In this document: one piece after another, positions 22,682-32,269 of the stretch
Position numbering within the stretch: position 1 is the stretch's first letter
Layout of the letters: each line of letters begins with the position of its first letter
Assembly (NCBI GenBank): GCA_007124475.1
Contig: SLFB01000125.1
Coordinates: 1 to 32,269, forward strand
Direction: 5' to 3'
From: Vibrio sp.
GTDB lineage: Bacteria; Pseudomonadota; Gammaproteobacteria; Enterobacterales; Vibrionaceae
DNA: 32,269 nucleotides
Notes under the pieces: generated by a model
What the model was told of the DNA's origin: nothing
The model's input: only the letters and a program-made list of their open reading frames with translations
Databases searched by the model: none
Translations under genes and position numbers: made by a program

Positions 22682-25540
22682 TTATAGCGCGGCAATAGTC
22701 GCTTTCTGCTCAGCGAGTTTGACTAGCGTTTCTTGATAACCGGCTAACTTCTCACGTTCTTTAGCGATCACGGCTTCTGGAGCTTTAGCAACAAAACCTT
22801 CATTGCCTAGCTTACCTTCGATGCGCTTGATCTCGCCTTGAGTTTTTGCCATTTCTTTATCCAAGCGAGCGAGCTCAGCATCTTTATCAATCAAACCAGC
22901 CATAGGGATCATGAGCTCAGACTTACCGACCAGTGCTGTGGCACAGGCTGGTGTTTGCTCTTGATCGGCTAACACCCGTACCGATTCCAATTTCGCAAGA
23001 GCAATCAGAACCTGTTTATTGGCTTCAACTCGCTCTGCATCTTCAGCATTAGCCGCTTTCAGCATCACCGCTAAAGGTTTACCTGGGTTGATATCATACT
23101 CAGCACGTAAGTTACGGATGCTGGTAATGAACGCTTTTACCCATTCAATATCATCCAAAGCCTTTTGATTAAAGTTGGCCTGGTTATATTGAGGTAGTGC
23201 TTGCAGCATGATGGTCTCGCCCTCAACGCCGTCAACCAGAGGTTTTATGCTTTGCCAGATAGTTTCAGTGATATATGGGATCACTGGATGGGCAAGACGC
23301 AAGGTTTTCTCTAGTACGGTGATTAGCGTACGACGTGTACCGCGTTGTTGTGCTGCTGTACCTTTCCAAAGGATAGGTTTGGTGAGCTCTAGATACCAGT
23401 CACAGAATTGATTCCAAATAAATTCGTACAACGTATTGGCTGCCATATCGAGACGGAAGTTGTCGATATGGCTGTTGAATGCTTTCGCTGCCAGTTCAAA
23501 TTGTGATTCGATCCATTTATCAGCTAACGAATATTCGATTTCGCCAGCGGCAAAGCCACAATCCTGTTCTTCTGTATTCATCATGACGTAACGACTCGCG
23601 TTCCAGAGTTTGTTACAGAAGTTACGGTAACCTTCAAGGCGCTTCATATCCCAGTTAATGTCACGACCGGTGGAAGCCATCGCGGCAAGAGTGAAACGCA
23701 GCGCGTCTGTGCCGTAAGGTTCAATACCATTTTCAAAGGTTTTACGCGTGTTCTTCTCAATCTTAGCGGCAAGTTGTGGTTGCATCATATTGCCGGTACG
23801 TTTGTCAACCAGTGATTCGAGATCAATACCATCGATCATATCAATAGGGTCGAGGACATTACCTTTCGATTTTGACATTTTGTCGCCGTTCTCGTCACGG
23901 ATGAGTCCTGTGACGTATACGGTTTTGAATGGCACTTGTGGCTTACCATTTTTATCTTTTACAAAGTGCATGGTCATCATGATCATGCGTGCTACCCAGA
24001 AGAAAATGATGTCAAAACCCGTCACCAGAACATCGGATGGGTGGAAAACTTTGAGATCATCGGTTTGCTCTGGCCAGCCTTGAGTACCAAATGTCCACAG
24101 GGCTGATGAGAACCATGTATCTAGTACGTCTTCGTCTTGGTGTAATTCAATCACTGAAGCCAGGTTGTGTTGTTGACGTACTTCTTCTTCGCTCCGGCCG
24201 ACGTAGACATTGCCTTGGTTATCATACCAGGCTGGGATACGGTGTCCCCACCACAACTGACGAGAAATACACCAATCTTGTACATCACGCATCCAAGAGA
24301 AATACATATTCTCGTATTGTTTAGGAACAAACTGGATGTCACCATTTTCAACCGCTTCCACTGCGGTTTTCGCGAGCGGCGCGGTGCGTACATACCATTG
24401 GTCAGTGAGCATAGGCTCGATAACAACACCACCACGATCGCCATAAGGTACAGTGAGATCGTGATCTTTGATGCTATCCAATAGGCCTAGTTGATCCAGC
24501 TCAGCCACAATCGCTTTACGCGCAGCAAAGCGCTCCATGCCATGATATTGCACCGGTAGCTCAGTAGAGTAAGCATCACTTGGCTCACCATTGGTGGTGA
24601 AGATTTCTGCTTGATGGCGAATATTGGCATCAAAAGTCAGAATATTGATCATCGGCAGTTGGTGACGTTTACCCACTTCATAATCGTTAAAATCGTGTGC
24701 TGGAGTGATTTTTACACAGCCAGTGCCTTTTTCCATATCAGCGTGTTCATCTGCTACGATAGGAATACGGCGATTAACGATGGGGAGTAGAATGTCTTTA
24801 CCAATCAATGCTTGGTAACGAGGATCGGCTGGGTTTACCGCGACACCAGTATCACCTAACATGGTTTCCGGGCGAGTGGTTGCTACCACGATATAGTCTT
24901 TGTCATCAGCGGTTTTGACGCCGTCGGCTAGTGGATAGCGGAAATGCCACATATGACCTTTAACGTCTTTATTTTCCACTTCAAGATCAGAAATGGCAGT
25001 GTGTAGCTTAGGGTCCCAGTTAACCAGACGTTTGCCACGATAGATCAAATCATCTTCATACAAACGAACAAAGACTTCTTGCACCGCGTTAGATAGACCT
25101 TCATCCATGGTAAAGCGTTCACGATCCCAATCCACAGACGTACCAAGGCGACGTAGTTGCTGAGTAATGGTGCCACCTGATTGATCTTTCCATTCCCAGA
25201 TTTTGTCAATGAAGGCTTCACGACCATAGTCATGTTTATTCTTACCTTCTTCAGCGGCAATTTTACGCTCAACCACCATTTGCGTTGCGATGCCTGCATG
25301 GTCAGTTCCGACTTGCCATAAGGTGTTTTTTCCTTTCATGCGCTCGCAACGGATCAGCGTATCCATGATGGTATCTTGGAAGGCGTGCCCCATATGCAGG
25401 CTACCAGTGACGTTCGGCGGTGGGATCATAATGCTGTATGCAGGTTTTGATGTGTCACCGTGAGGCTTAAAGTAGCCGTTCTCTTCCCAAGTCTGATACA
25501 GAGCTTGTTCGATTGCTGTTGGGTTATATGTCTTTTCCAT
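22682..25540 (-). CDS. valS: Valine--tRNA ligase
   Basis: [19 protein letters not shown]-terminal coiled coil; start at MEKTYNP (25540). Confidence 0.98.
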   Translation of the reverse strand: MEKTYNPTAIEQALYQTWEENGYFKPHGDTSKPAYSIMIPPPNVTGSLHMGHAFQDTIMDTLIRCERMKGKNTLWQVGTDHAGIATQMVVERKIAAEEGKNKHDYGREAFIDKIWEWKDQSGGTITQQLRRLGTSVDWDRERFTMDEGLSNAVQEVFVRLYEDDLIYRGKRLVNWDPKLHTAISDLEVENKDVKGHMWHFRYPLADGVKTADDKDYIVVATTRPETMLGDTGVAVNPADPRYQALIGKDILLPIVNRRIPIVADEHADMEKGTGCVKITPAHDFNDYEVGKRHQLPMINILTFDANIRHQAEIFTTNGEPSDAYSTELPVQYHGMERFAARKAIVAELDQLGLLDSIKDHDLTVPYGDRGGVVIEPMLTDQWYVRTAPLAKTAVEAVENGDIQFVPKQYENMYFSWMRDVQDWCISRQLWWGHRIPAWYDNQGNVYVGRSEEEVRQQHNLASVIELHQDEDVLDTWFSSALWTFGTQGWPEQTDDLKVFHPSDVLVTGFDIIFFWVARMIMMTMHFVKDKNGKPQVPFKTVYVTGLIRDENGDKMSKSKGNVLDPIDMIDGIDLESLVDKRTGNMMQPQLAAKIEKNTRKTFENGIEPYGTDALRFTLAAMASTGRDINWDMKRLEGYRNFCNKLWNASRYVMMNTEEQDCGFAAGEIEYSLADKWIESQFELAAKAFNSHIDNFRLDMAANTLYEFIWNQFCDWYLELTKPILWKGTAAQQRGTRRTLITVLEKTLRLAHPVIPYITETIWQSIKPLVDGVEGETIMLQALPQYNQANFNQKALDDIEWVKAFITSIRNLRAEYDINPGKPLAVMLKAANAEDAERVEANKQVLIALAKLESVRVLADQEQTPACATALVGKSELMIPMAGLIDKDAELARLDKEMAKTQGEIKRIEGKLGNEGFVAKAPEAVIAKEREKLAGYQETLVKLAEQKATIAAL

Positions 25541-25635
25541 AGTGCTCTTAGCTGGATACTGTGAATGGTTAATCTTAGTCAAACTTCATAAGTGAAGGAT
25601 CTTAAAATAAGATCGCCTTAACTATAAGGTTTGAC

Positions 25636-26085
25636 CTACGGATGTTTTAGTTCGATGGTCTGTAATTGATAACCGGCTTGACGATAGATTTTATATCGTT
25701 CACGGGCTATCTGCTTGGTTTTTTCATCACAAGGCACGAAGTCTATCACCTCTGTGAAGGCATTCGCAAAGGTTGTATGATTATCCGCCACGTTTATTAC
25801 CAGTTGGCGATTATAGTTGGGTTTTGCCCCTTGATAACCTATTTCGATTGGGGTGCCGTATTTAGGTCCCTCTCCGACTAAATTATGAGCGATAAACTGG
25901 GCGGGTTCTACTTGCCAAAAGCACTCGGCTAACTGCTCCGCGTTAGGTTGATCTTGGCAATGCAGATAGATTTTTGCGCCTTGCTTAGCAAAATAGTGCG
26001 CTAGGTATACTATGTATTGTTCAAAGCCACGTGGCTTTGCTTGTGGGCTATCATGAGCGATAAGGTAAAACGTTGCGGTTGCCAT
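25636..26085 (-). CDS. holC: DNA polymerase III chi subunit
   Basis: ATFY, FIAHNLVGEG, ARERYKIYRQAG; pepA-holC-valS synteny. Confidence 0.94.
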   Translation of the reverse strand: MATATFYLIAHDSPQAKPRGFEQYIVYLAHYFAKQGAKIYLHCQDQPNAEQLAECFWQVEPAQFIAHNLVGEGPKYGTPIEIGYQGAKPNYNRQLVINVADNHTTFANAFTEVIDFVPCDEKTKQIARERYKIYRQAGYQLQTIELKHP

Positions 26086-26125
26086 AATTGATATTTCCGA
26101 TTGCCATAATCATTACAGTGGCAAT

Positions 26126-26149
26126 AAAAAAGGGCCTATGGCCCTTTTT
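26126..26149 (-). terminator. Intrinsic terminator after pepA
   Basis: AAAAAAGGGCC-tat-GGCCCTTTTT. Confidence 0.75.
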
Positions 26150-26158
26150 CGTGAGGTT

Positions 26159-27667
26159 TTATTCCTCGCTGTCGGGACCACTGCGGTTAAGCAGAAACTG
26201 GATCAGCATTGAGACCGGACGTCCAGTTGAACCTTTTGCCGCGCCAGATTTCCATGCCGTACCAGCCACATCGATATGAGCCCAGTTATACTTCTTGGCA
26301 AATTTAGAAAGAAAACAGCCTGCAGTAATAGCGCCCGCAGGGCGACCGCCAATGTTGGCCATATCAGCAAATGGGCTTTTTATTTGCTCGTGGTATTCAT
26401 CAGCTAAAGGTAAGCGCCAAGCACGATCGCTCGATTGTTCCGAAGCATTAATCAGCTCATGAGCCAATGGATTGTGGTTAGACATCACCGCGCTAATGTG
26501 GTGACCTAGGGCCATCACACAAGCACCGGTTAAGGTTGCGACATCAAGTACACAATCTGGTTCAAAACGTTCCACATAGGTTAGCGCATCACACAGAACC
26601 AGTCGTCCTTCTGCATCGGTATTCAATACTTCTACCGTTTGTCCAGACATAGTAGTTAGGATATCACCAGGACGATAAGCATTACTGCCAGGCATATTTT
26701 CACAACCGGCCAAAATACCAATCACATTCAGCGGTAAATTTAACTTTGCCAGTGCTTTCATGGCACCGAACACGGAAGCGGCGCCACACATATCGTACTT
26801 CATCTCATCCATAGCTTCGCCTGGTTTGAGAGAAATACCACCTGAATCGAAAGTGAGACCTTTGCCCACTAAGACAATCGGTTTAGCATTCGGATCTGGG
26901 TGACCTTTATACTCAATAACCGACATCATGGATTCGTTTTTCGAACCACGGCCAACCGCTAAATAGGAGGTCATGGCGAGTTTTTCCATTTCTTCTTCAC
27001 CGATGATTTTTGTTGTCACTGTCGGATAATCATCAGCAAGTCGGCGCGCCTGTGAAGCAAGGTAAGCGGGATTGGCGACATTCGGAGGCATATTACCTAA
27101 ATCTTTACTGGCTTTTACTCCAGATGCAATCGCTAATCCATGGGTGATTGCTCGTTCACCTAGGCTCAATTCACGGCGAGTGGGAACGTTGAATACCAGT
27201 TTGCGTAACGGGCGACGAGTTTCTGGTTTTATACTTTTGAACTGATCAAAAGTATAGAGGCCATCTTTAGTTGCCTCTACGGCTTGGCGAACTTTCCAAT
27301 AGGTATCACGACCTTTAACGTGCAACTCGGTGAGAAAACATACCGCTTCCATTGAGCCCGTTTCGTTCAGGGTGCTAATGGTTTTCTGGATTATTTCTTT
27401 ATACTGGCGTTCACCGAGTTCGCGCTCTTTACCACAGCCGACTAGTAACACTCGCTCTGACAATACACCTGGGACTTGGTGCAATAATAGCATCTGGCCA
27501 GGCTTGCCTTCTAAGTCACCTCGGCGTAATAATGAACTGATATAACCATCACTAATTTTATCAAGTTGTTCTGCTACTGGAGAAAGTCGGCGCGGTTCGA
27601 ACACTCCCACTACAATGCATGCACTGCGTTGTTTTTCTGGGCTGCCACTTTTTACACTGAACTCCAT
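26159..27667 (-). CDS. pepA: Leucyl aminopeptidase A
   Basis: [35 protein letters not shown]. Confidence 0.98.
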   Translation of the reverse strand: MEFSVKSGSPEKQRSACIVVGVFEPRRLSPVAEQLDKISDGYISSLLRRGDLEGKPGQMLLLHQVPGVLSERVLLVGCGKERELGERQYKEIIQKTISTLNETGSMEAVCFLTELHVKGRDTYWKVRQAVEATKDGLYTFDQFKSIKPETRRPLRKLVFNVPTRRELSLGERAITHGLAIASGVKASKDLGNMPPNVANPAYLASQARRLADDYPTVTTKIIGEEEMEKLAMTSYLAVGRGSKNESMMSVIEYKGHPDPNAKPIVLVGKGLTFDSGGISLKPGEAMDEMKYDMCGAASVFGAMKALAKLNLPLNVIGILAGCENMPGSNAYRPGDILTTMSGQTVEVLNTDAEGRLVLCDALTYVERFEPDCVLDVATLTGACVMALGHHISAVMSNHNPLAHELINASEQSSDRAWRLPLADEYHEQIKSPFADMANIGGRPAGAITAGCFLSKFAKKYNWAHIDVAGTAWKSGAAKGSTGRPVSMLIQFLLNRSGPDSEE

Positions 27668-27860
27668 GCGTACTCCTACATCCTAAAGACAAATAGAACT
27701 AAATGTTAGATAATACATTCTTACTGAGTGAATATGTCAAGCGTTCATCTTCTTGCTTGAATGGGCTAACAAATAGTGAATTTTTTAAAAAAATAAACGA
27801 CTCAACAGGAAATTATAGTGATTCCATCAAAAAAACAAGTTTTGTATAGGTTATTTAGCC

Positions 27861-28964
27861 GTGATTATTGTTAGATATTTGATCAGAGAAACATTAAAGA
27901 GCCAATTTGCGATCTTTTTCGTGTTGTTTTTGGTTTTTTTAAGCCAAAAGTTTATTCGCGTGTTGGCGGATGCTTCTGATGGTGAAATCCCGGCTCGGAT
28001 GATCTTATCCATTGTTGGTCTCAATATGCCAGCGATGGGATTGCTTATGCTGCCGCTCAGTTTGTATATTGGTATCCTATTAACATTTGGGCGCTTGTAC
28101 GCGGAAAGCGAAATCACGGTAATGAATGCAACTGGAATTGGGAATAAATTTCTTATTCGCGCCGCTTTGTATTTGGCATTAATTACCGCCACGGTGGCTG
28201 GCTTTAATGCCTTTTGGTTGTCACCGTGGAGCCAAGATAAAGAGGCTCAACTGATTGAGCGACTAGCGGCTGAAAGTAGCGTTGATCTATTACAAAAAGG
28301 TCAATTTCAACGCTCTCCAGATGGTTCGTCTGTGGTGTTCATTGATAATATTGAAAACCGAAGGTTGCAAAACGTTTTTGTTGCTCAGTTAGCACCCCGT
28401 CAATCAGTATTGCCCAGTGTGATGTTTTCTGATTCAGGGCAAGTCAAAGAATTAAGCGATGGTCGGCAAATGATCATCATGCATAATGGTGTTCGTTATG
28501 AAGGGATACCAACACGTTTAGATTATATGATCACTCGTTTTGATGAATACGAAGGATTGATTGGTCAAAGAGCGGTTAAAGAAAAAGGTCGTAGCTGGCA
28601 AGAAACCCCAACGTTAGCACTGATTAATCATCCGGATCCGCGAGCACAGGCCGAGCTGCAATGGCGTATTTCACTGGTCTTGTGTGTTCCATTGTTAACC
28701 ATGTTAGTTGTGCCTCTTTCCGTTGTGAACCCAAGACAAGGGCGGTTTGCTAAGATGGGCCCTGCCATTCTCATTTATCTAACTTATTTTTTAACCATAA
28801 GCGCGATGAAATCAGCCATCGAAGACGGTTCAATTGCGGTCGAGGTTGGCATGTGGCCAATCAATATCGCGTTATTGTTAGTTGCTTTGTTGGCAAACTG
28901 CTTGGATAGTGTTCCAGTGAGAAAACTCAAAGATAAATTTAATCAAACACGTAAGGTGGCCTAA
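27861..28964 (+). CDS. lptF: LPS export permease LptF
   Basis: GRLYAESEITVM, AELQWR, NPRQGR; GTG start, divergent from pepA. Confidence 0.96.
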   Translation: MIIVRYLIRETLKSQFAIFFVLFLVFLSQKFIRVLADASDGEIPARMILSIVGLNMPAMGLLMLPLSLYIGILLTFGRLYAESEITVMNATGIGNKFLIRAALYLALITATVAGFNAFWLSPWSQDKEAQLIERLAAESSVDLLQKGQFQRSPDGSSVVFIDNIENRRLQNVFVAQLAPRQSVLPSVMFSDSGQVKELSDGRQMIIMHNGVRYEGIPTRLDYMITRFDEYEGLIGQRAVKEKGRSWQETPTLALINHPDPRAQAELQWRISLVLCVPLLTMLVVPLSVVNPRQGRFAKMGPAILIYLTYFLTISAMKSAIEDGSIAVEVGMWPINIALLLVALLANCLDSVPVRKLKDKFNQTRKVA

Positions 28965-28966
28965 CT

Positions 28967-30037
28967 GTGTTTAAACTTCTAGATTGGTATATCGGCCGCA
29001 CCATTATCGCGACAACGAGCTTAGTATTGGTAACCTTTGTTGGCTTATCTGGCATTATTAAATATGTTGAGCAATTAAGAAAGGTAGGTGATGGTAGTTA
29101 TGACCTAATGCAGGCCTTGTTATTTGTTGTGCTCAGTATCCCACGAGATATTGAAATGTTTTTTCCAATGGCAGCACTGTTAGGTGCTTTGATTGGTTTA
29201 GGGGCTTTAGCTGCCAGTTCAGAATTAGTAGTGATGCAAGCATCAGGTTTCTCCAAGCTAGATATTGGTTTATCGGTACTCAAAACGGCCATTCCTTTGA
29301 TGCTAATTATCACATTACTGGGCGAATGGGGAGCTCCACAAGCTCAGAAAATGGCTCGTGATATGCGAGCTTTTGCTACGTCAGGGGGAAACATACTGTC
29401 GGTGCGTACTGGTGTGTGGGCAAGAGACGCTAACGATTTTATATTCATCAGTAAGATAGACAATGAACGACTGTACGGGCTAAATATGTGGCGATTTGAT
29501 GAGCAGAAAAAGCTCAATCATATTATTTTTGCAGAACAAGTTGACTATATCGGTGATAATCATTGGTTAATGAAGCAAGTCCAAGTGACAAATTTACAAA
29601 ATGATGTGCAGCTAAGCAAAGAAGAGTTGGATGTTTATCAATGGCGTACCGCTCTAGCTCCAGATAAGCTGGCTGTGGTGACAGTGAAACCAGAAGAGCT
29701 ATCTCTCAGCGGTCTTTACGACTATGTTCAATATTTGAAAGCCTCAGAGCAAGACTCAGCCCGTTATGAATTAGCGTTATGGCGTAAAATTAGTCAGCCT
29801 TTTGCTATCGGTGTCATGATGCTAATGGCTTTATCATTTATTTTTGGCCCCTTACGCAGCGTGACTATGGGAGCAAGAGTGCTCTCAGGGGTAATAGCCG
29901 GGTTTACTTTCTATATCTCAAGCGAGTTTTTTGGCCCATTAAGCTTAGTGTATGGTTTTCATCCAGCGTTTGGTGCTATAGCGCCAAGTTTAGTGTTTCT
30001 TACTATCGCTGTGATGTTATTGAATCGTAAGCTTTAG
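28967..30037 (+). CDS. lptG: LPS export permease LptG
   Basis: SELVVMQASGFS, FIFGPLRSVTMG; GTG start. Confidence 0.96.
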   Translation: MFKLLDWYIGRTIIATTSLVLVTFVGLSGIIKYVEQLRKVGDGSYDLMQALLFVVLSIPRDIEMFFPMAALLGALIGLGALAASSELVVMQASGFSKLDIGLSVLKTAIPLMLIITLLGEWGAPQAQKMARDMRAFATSGGNILSVRTGVWARDANDFIFISKIDNERLYGLNMWRFDEQKKLNHIIFAEQVDYIGDNHWLMKQVQVTNLQNDVQLSKEELDVYQWRTALAPDKLAVVTVKPEELSLSGLYDYVQYLKASEQDSARYELALWRKISQPFAIGVMMLMALSFIFGPLRSVTMGARVLSGVIAGFTFYISSEFFGPLSLVYGFHPAFGAIAPSLVFLTIAVMLLNRKL

Positions 30038-30038
30038 C

Positions 30039-30117
30039 TATACCCTTCCGACTTGAAGCTGCAGGGGTGTTGGCTACGTTCGTTCGCCTACCTGCAACTC
30101 CAAGTTGTTTGGGTATA
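30039..30117. repeat. Internally deleted ERIC element (79 bp)
   Basis: Both arms align to the 20590-20717 copy; 49 bp of the centre are missing. Confidence 0.9.
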
Positions 30118-30163
30118 TAGGTTTTCTGAGCGATACCATTAGTTTGGTTCAATGACCCCAAGT

Positions 30164-30661
30164 CTATTTCTCGGTTAAGGTTGTTGCTTTTTTAATTTGG
30201 TGGATTTTTATCATCTCTGTTTGCGCCCACATATCTTGAAAACTGCGTTTGTTAGGATCGATGGGAACAGTGAAATTGCCTAGCCCTAGCCCTGCGGTAG
30301 CCAAACGAATTAAAGCTTGTGTGATGCTGATTGAGCTGCCATCGGTATTGCATAATTTCAGTTGGGCTACTTTCATGCCGAATGTTTGCCCGCTGGTTAT
30401 CCAAAAGTAGACATAAAAGCCAACCCAGACAATCGCTAAATAAAGTGTGAAAATTGGGCTCCATAGGGGATGCTGCATTAACAGATTGGTGATGCTGGGA
30501 TAAGGGGTATAACTCATTACGCCAGTGATGGTTAAGATGCTCAAAATGGCCATTAAGCTAGTAGCAGCGATAAGTAACAGTATGGTTACCAGTACAGCAT
30601 CACACAATAAAGCAGTGAGGCGCGGCAATAGACCAGCTTGCTGATCTTGACTATGGTTCAT
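30164..30661 (-). CDS. RDD-family membrane protein
   Basis: AGLLPRLTALLCD, GQTFGMK, RSFQDMWAQT; TM segments. Confidence 0.85.
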   Translation of the reverse strand: MNHSQDQQAGLLPRLTALLCDAVLVTILLLIAATSLMAILSILTITGVMSYTPYPSITNLLMQHPLWSPIFTLYLAIVWVGFYVYFWITSGQTFGMKVAQLKLCNTDGSSISITQALIRLATAGLGLGNFTVPIDPNKRSFQDMWAQTEMIKIHQIKKATTLTEK

Positions 30662-30792
30662 ATTACTCTCAACGATGGTAGAAGTTTAAACAACAGGATA
30701 CTGAATAGAGATGAAGCTGAAAAGCGGAGCATCAAAGTAACCTACTCATGGCGAAATATTCAGCAAACGATTTGCATTTCAATATTTTGCTA

Positions 30793-30826
30793 TTGCGCTG
30801 GCGTCATTGTTGCGTATAATGCCCAG
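30793..30826 (+). promoter_or_regulatory. Stable-RNA-type sigma70 promoter for tRNA-Leu
   Basis: TTGCGC-16 nt-TATAAT followed by a GC-rich discriminator GCCCAG. Confidence 0.7.
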
Positions 30827-30847
30827 CATCAAAAGGCACTAGCCTAA

Positions 30848-30932
30848 GCCGATGTGGTGAAATTGGTAGACACGACGGATTCAAAATCCGTTTCCTTCGG
30901 GAGTGGCGGTTCAAGTCCGCCCATCGGTACCA
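30848..30932 (+). tRNA. tRNA-Leu (anticodon CAA), 85 nt, leuX-like
   Basis: Acceptor GCCGATG/CATCGGT, anticodon arm ACGGA-TTCAAAA-TCCGT, long variable arm, TTCAAGT T-loop, encoded CCA. Confidence 0.96.
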
Positions 30933-30940
30933 TTATTTAT

Positions 30941-30980
30941 ACAACAAAGCCTCGACGAAAGTCGGGGCTTTGTTGTTTCT
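30941..30980 (+). terminator. Intrinsic terminator after tRNA-Leu
   Basis: ACAACAAAGCCTCGAC-gaaa-GTCGGGGCTTTGTTGT then TTCT. Confidence 0.85.
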
Positions 30981-31116
30981 GTCTCGCTTATTTTTAAATA
31001 TTGTTCTCTATCATAAAACGGGTGCGTAACGGTGAGTCAATGCCTCAACAAAGGTGCATTTAGTGTAAATTTTTTCTAAGCTTAGGTCATTGATAAAAAG
31101 GTGTGATTAAAACATA

Positions 31117-32269
31117 GTGGCCAATAGCAGCATAAAAATTACGGTAGATAGATTACAGCCAGGTTTACACATTCGCTTGCCCGTTAAATGGAATGAGCAT
31201 CCTTTTTTGTTTAATAGTTTTAAGATCCAGTCTCAAGAACAAATCCAACTGATTAAACACCTCGGCATACAGCACGTCTTTTTAAACCCAGCGCAAAGCG
31301 ATACAGAACCATTAGCTTTAGATGCTGTCTCTACTGGAGATAAAAACACACAGCAAAGTGAAGATGATAATCAATTATTACATCAAGAAGCTGATAAGCT
31401 GTGGCAAGAAAAGGACGCTAGAATTGAAAAGCTTAATCGCTATCGAAGGCAAGTCTTAAAATGTGAAAAAGAATTTGAGCGTTCTCTTTCACGGATGCGG
31501 TTAGTGATGAATAAAATTCGCAGTCGTCCTGAAGACGCCATCGATGAAGCGAGCGTTTTAGTTGAAGATATCGTTGATAAACTATTAAGTGATGAAAATG
31601 TTACTTTGCACCTTATCAATAGTAAAAGTGAATTTGAGGATATCTATTTCCATTCATTAAATGTGGCAGTTATTTCGATGATGATTGCTCGCGCAAAGGG
31701 TTTTGACGCACAAAAGATCAAACAAATAGCCTTTGCGGCATTATTTCATGATATTGGTAAAGTCCGAGTTCCCAATGCCATCGTTAGAAAGACGACACCC
31801 TTGACGGAGCCTGAAAAAAACTATCTCAAGCTGCACACAAAATACGGTTTAGAAATGGTTAATAGCTTTGAGTCATTTCCAGAGAGTGCCAAAATAGTTA
31901 TCGAGCAGCATCATGAACTAAGTGATGGTTCAGGTTATCCCCTAGGATTAAAAGAAGCAGAGATAAATGAATTAGCGCAGGTCATATCGGTAGCAAATGC
32001 GTTTGATAATCTCTGCCATCGAGCTGTGGTCAGTGAGCAGAAAATTCCTTATGTGGCACTTTCTCATTTATTCAAAAACGCTAAGCATCTTTATAACCAA
32101 GAAAACCTGAGTATTCTGATTAAATTTATGGGGGTTTATCCTCCTGGCACTGTCGTGCAACTTTCTAATAATAGCGTAGGGTTAGTTATTTCGGTCAATT
32201 CCAATCACTTGTTATCGCCCAATGTTCTCATTTACGATCCATCGGTTCCTAGAACACAAGCTCCTATTA
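31117..32269 (+). CDS. DUF3391 + HD-GYP domain protein (c-di-GMP phosphodiesterase-like), 3' end beyond the window
   Basis: Absent from the ORF track because there is no stop in the window. GTG start gives MANSSIKITVDRLQPGLHIRLPVKWNEHPFLFNSF; in-frame FHSLNVA, ALFHDIGK, HHELSDGSGYP and VYPPGTVVQL. Confidence 0.9.
   Translation, partial: MANSSIKITVDRLQPGLHIRLPVKWNEHPFLFNSFKIQSQEQIQLIKHLGIQHVFLNPAQSDTEPLALDAVSTGDKNTQQSEDDNQLLHQEADKLWQEKDARIEKLNRYRRQVLKCEKEFERSLSRMRLVMNKIRSRPEDAIDEASVLVEDIVDKLLSDENVTLHLINSKSEFEDIYFHSLNVAVISMMIARAKGFDAQKIKQIAFAALFHDIGKVRVPNAIVRKTTPLTEPEKNYLKLHTKYGLEMVNSFESFPESAKIVIEQHHELSDGSGYPLGLKEAEINELAQVISVANAFDNLCHRAVVSEQKIPYVALSHLFKNAKHLYNQENLSILIKFMGVYPPGTVVQLSNNSVGLVISVNSNHLLSPNVLIYDPSVPRTQAPI

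Noticed and set aside
27668-27860. Specific pepA/lptF promoter calls (TTGACA at 27740-27735 and TATAAT at about 27817-27812 on the minus strand)
   Set aside because: The -35/-10 spacings I counted were non-canonical (19 and 15-16 bp), so I could not assign exact promoters.
20590-30117. The two repeats as VCR/attC sites or as ends of a 9.5-kb composite element
   Set aside because: They match ERIC, lack attC core geometry, and flank essential genes (valS, lptFG) with no transposase.
30638-30847. 69-aa ORF upstream of the tRNA
   Set aside because: TTG start overlapping the RDD gene, runs through the tRNA promoter, and has no recognisable domain.

Overview
This window is core (housekeeping) chromosome of a Vibrio-like gammaproteobacterium, judged from protein sequences, gene order and Vibrio-type ERIC repeats. 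In order: rapZ (partial)-ptsN-hpf-rpoN-lptBAC-kdsC-kdsD-yrbG (minus); mlaFEDCB-ibaG-murA-plsC (plus); ridA-pyrI-pyrB with an attenuator and an unannotated 31-aa leader ORF, argF with tandem ARG boxes, and a PIN-PhoH gene (minus); rapA-ERIC-rluA and a D-2-hydroxyacid dehydrogenase (plus); valS-holC-pepA (minus); lptF-lptG and a deleted ERIC (plus); an RDD-family gene (minus); tRNA-Leu(CAA); and a partial DUF3391/HD-GYP gene (plus). I saw no integrase, transposase, phage gene, CRISPR array or defence island, and I cannot support a claim of a new multi-gene system. The best leads are non-coding or small: the structured region and small ORF upstream of the PIN-PhoH gene, the pyrB leader peptide, the full and deleted ERIC pair with nearby 10-bp repeats, a long hairpin between holC and valS, and an HD-GYP domain with a degenerate metal-binding site.
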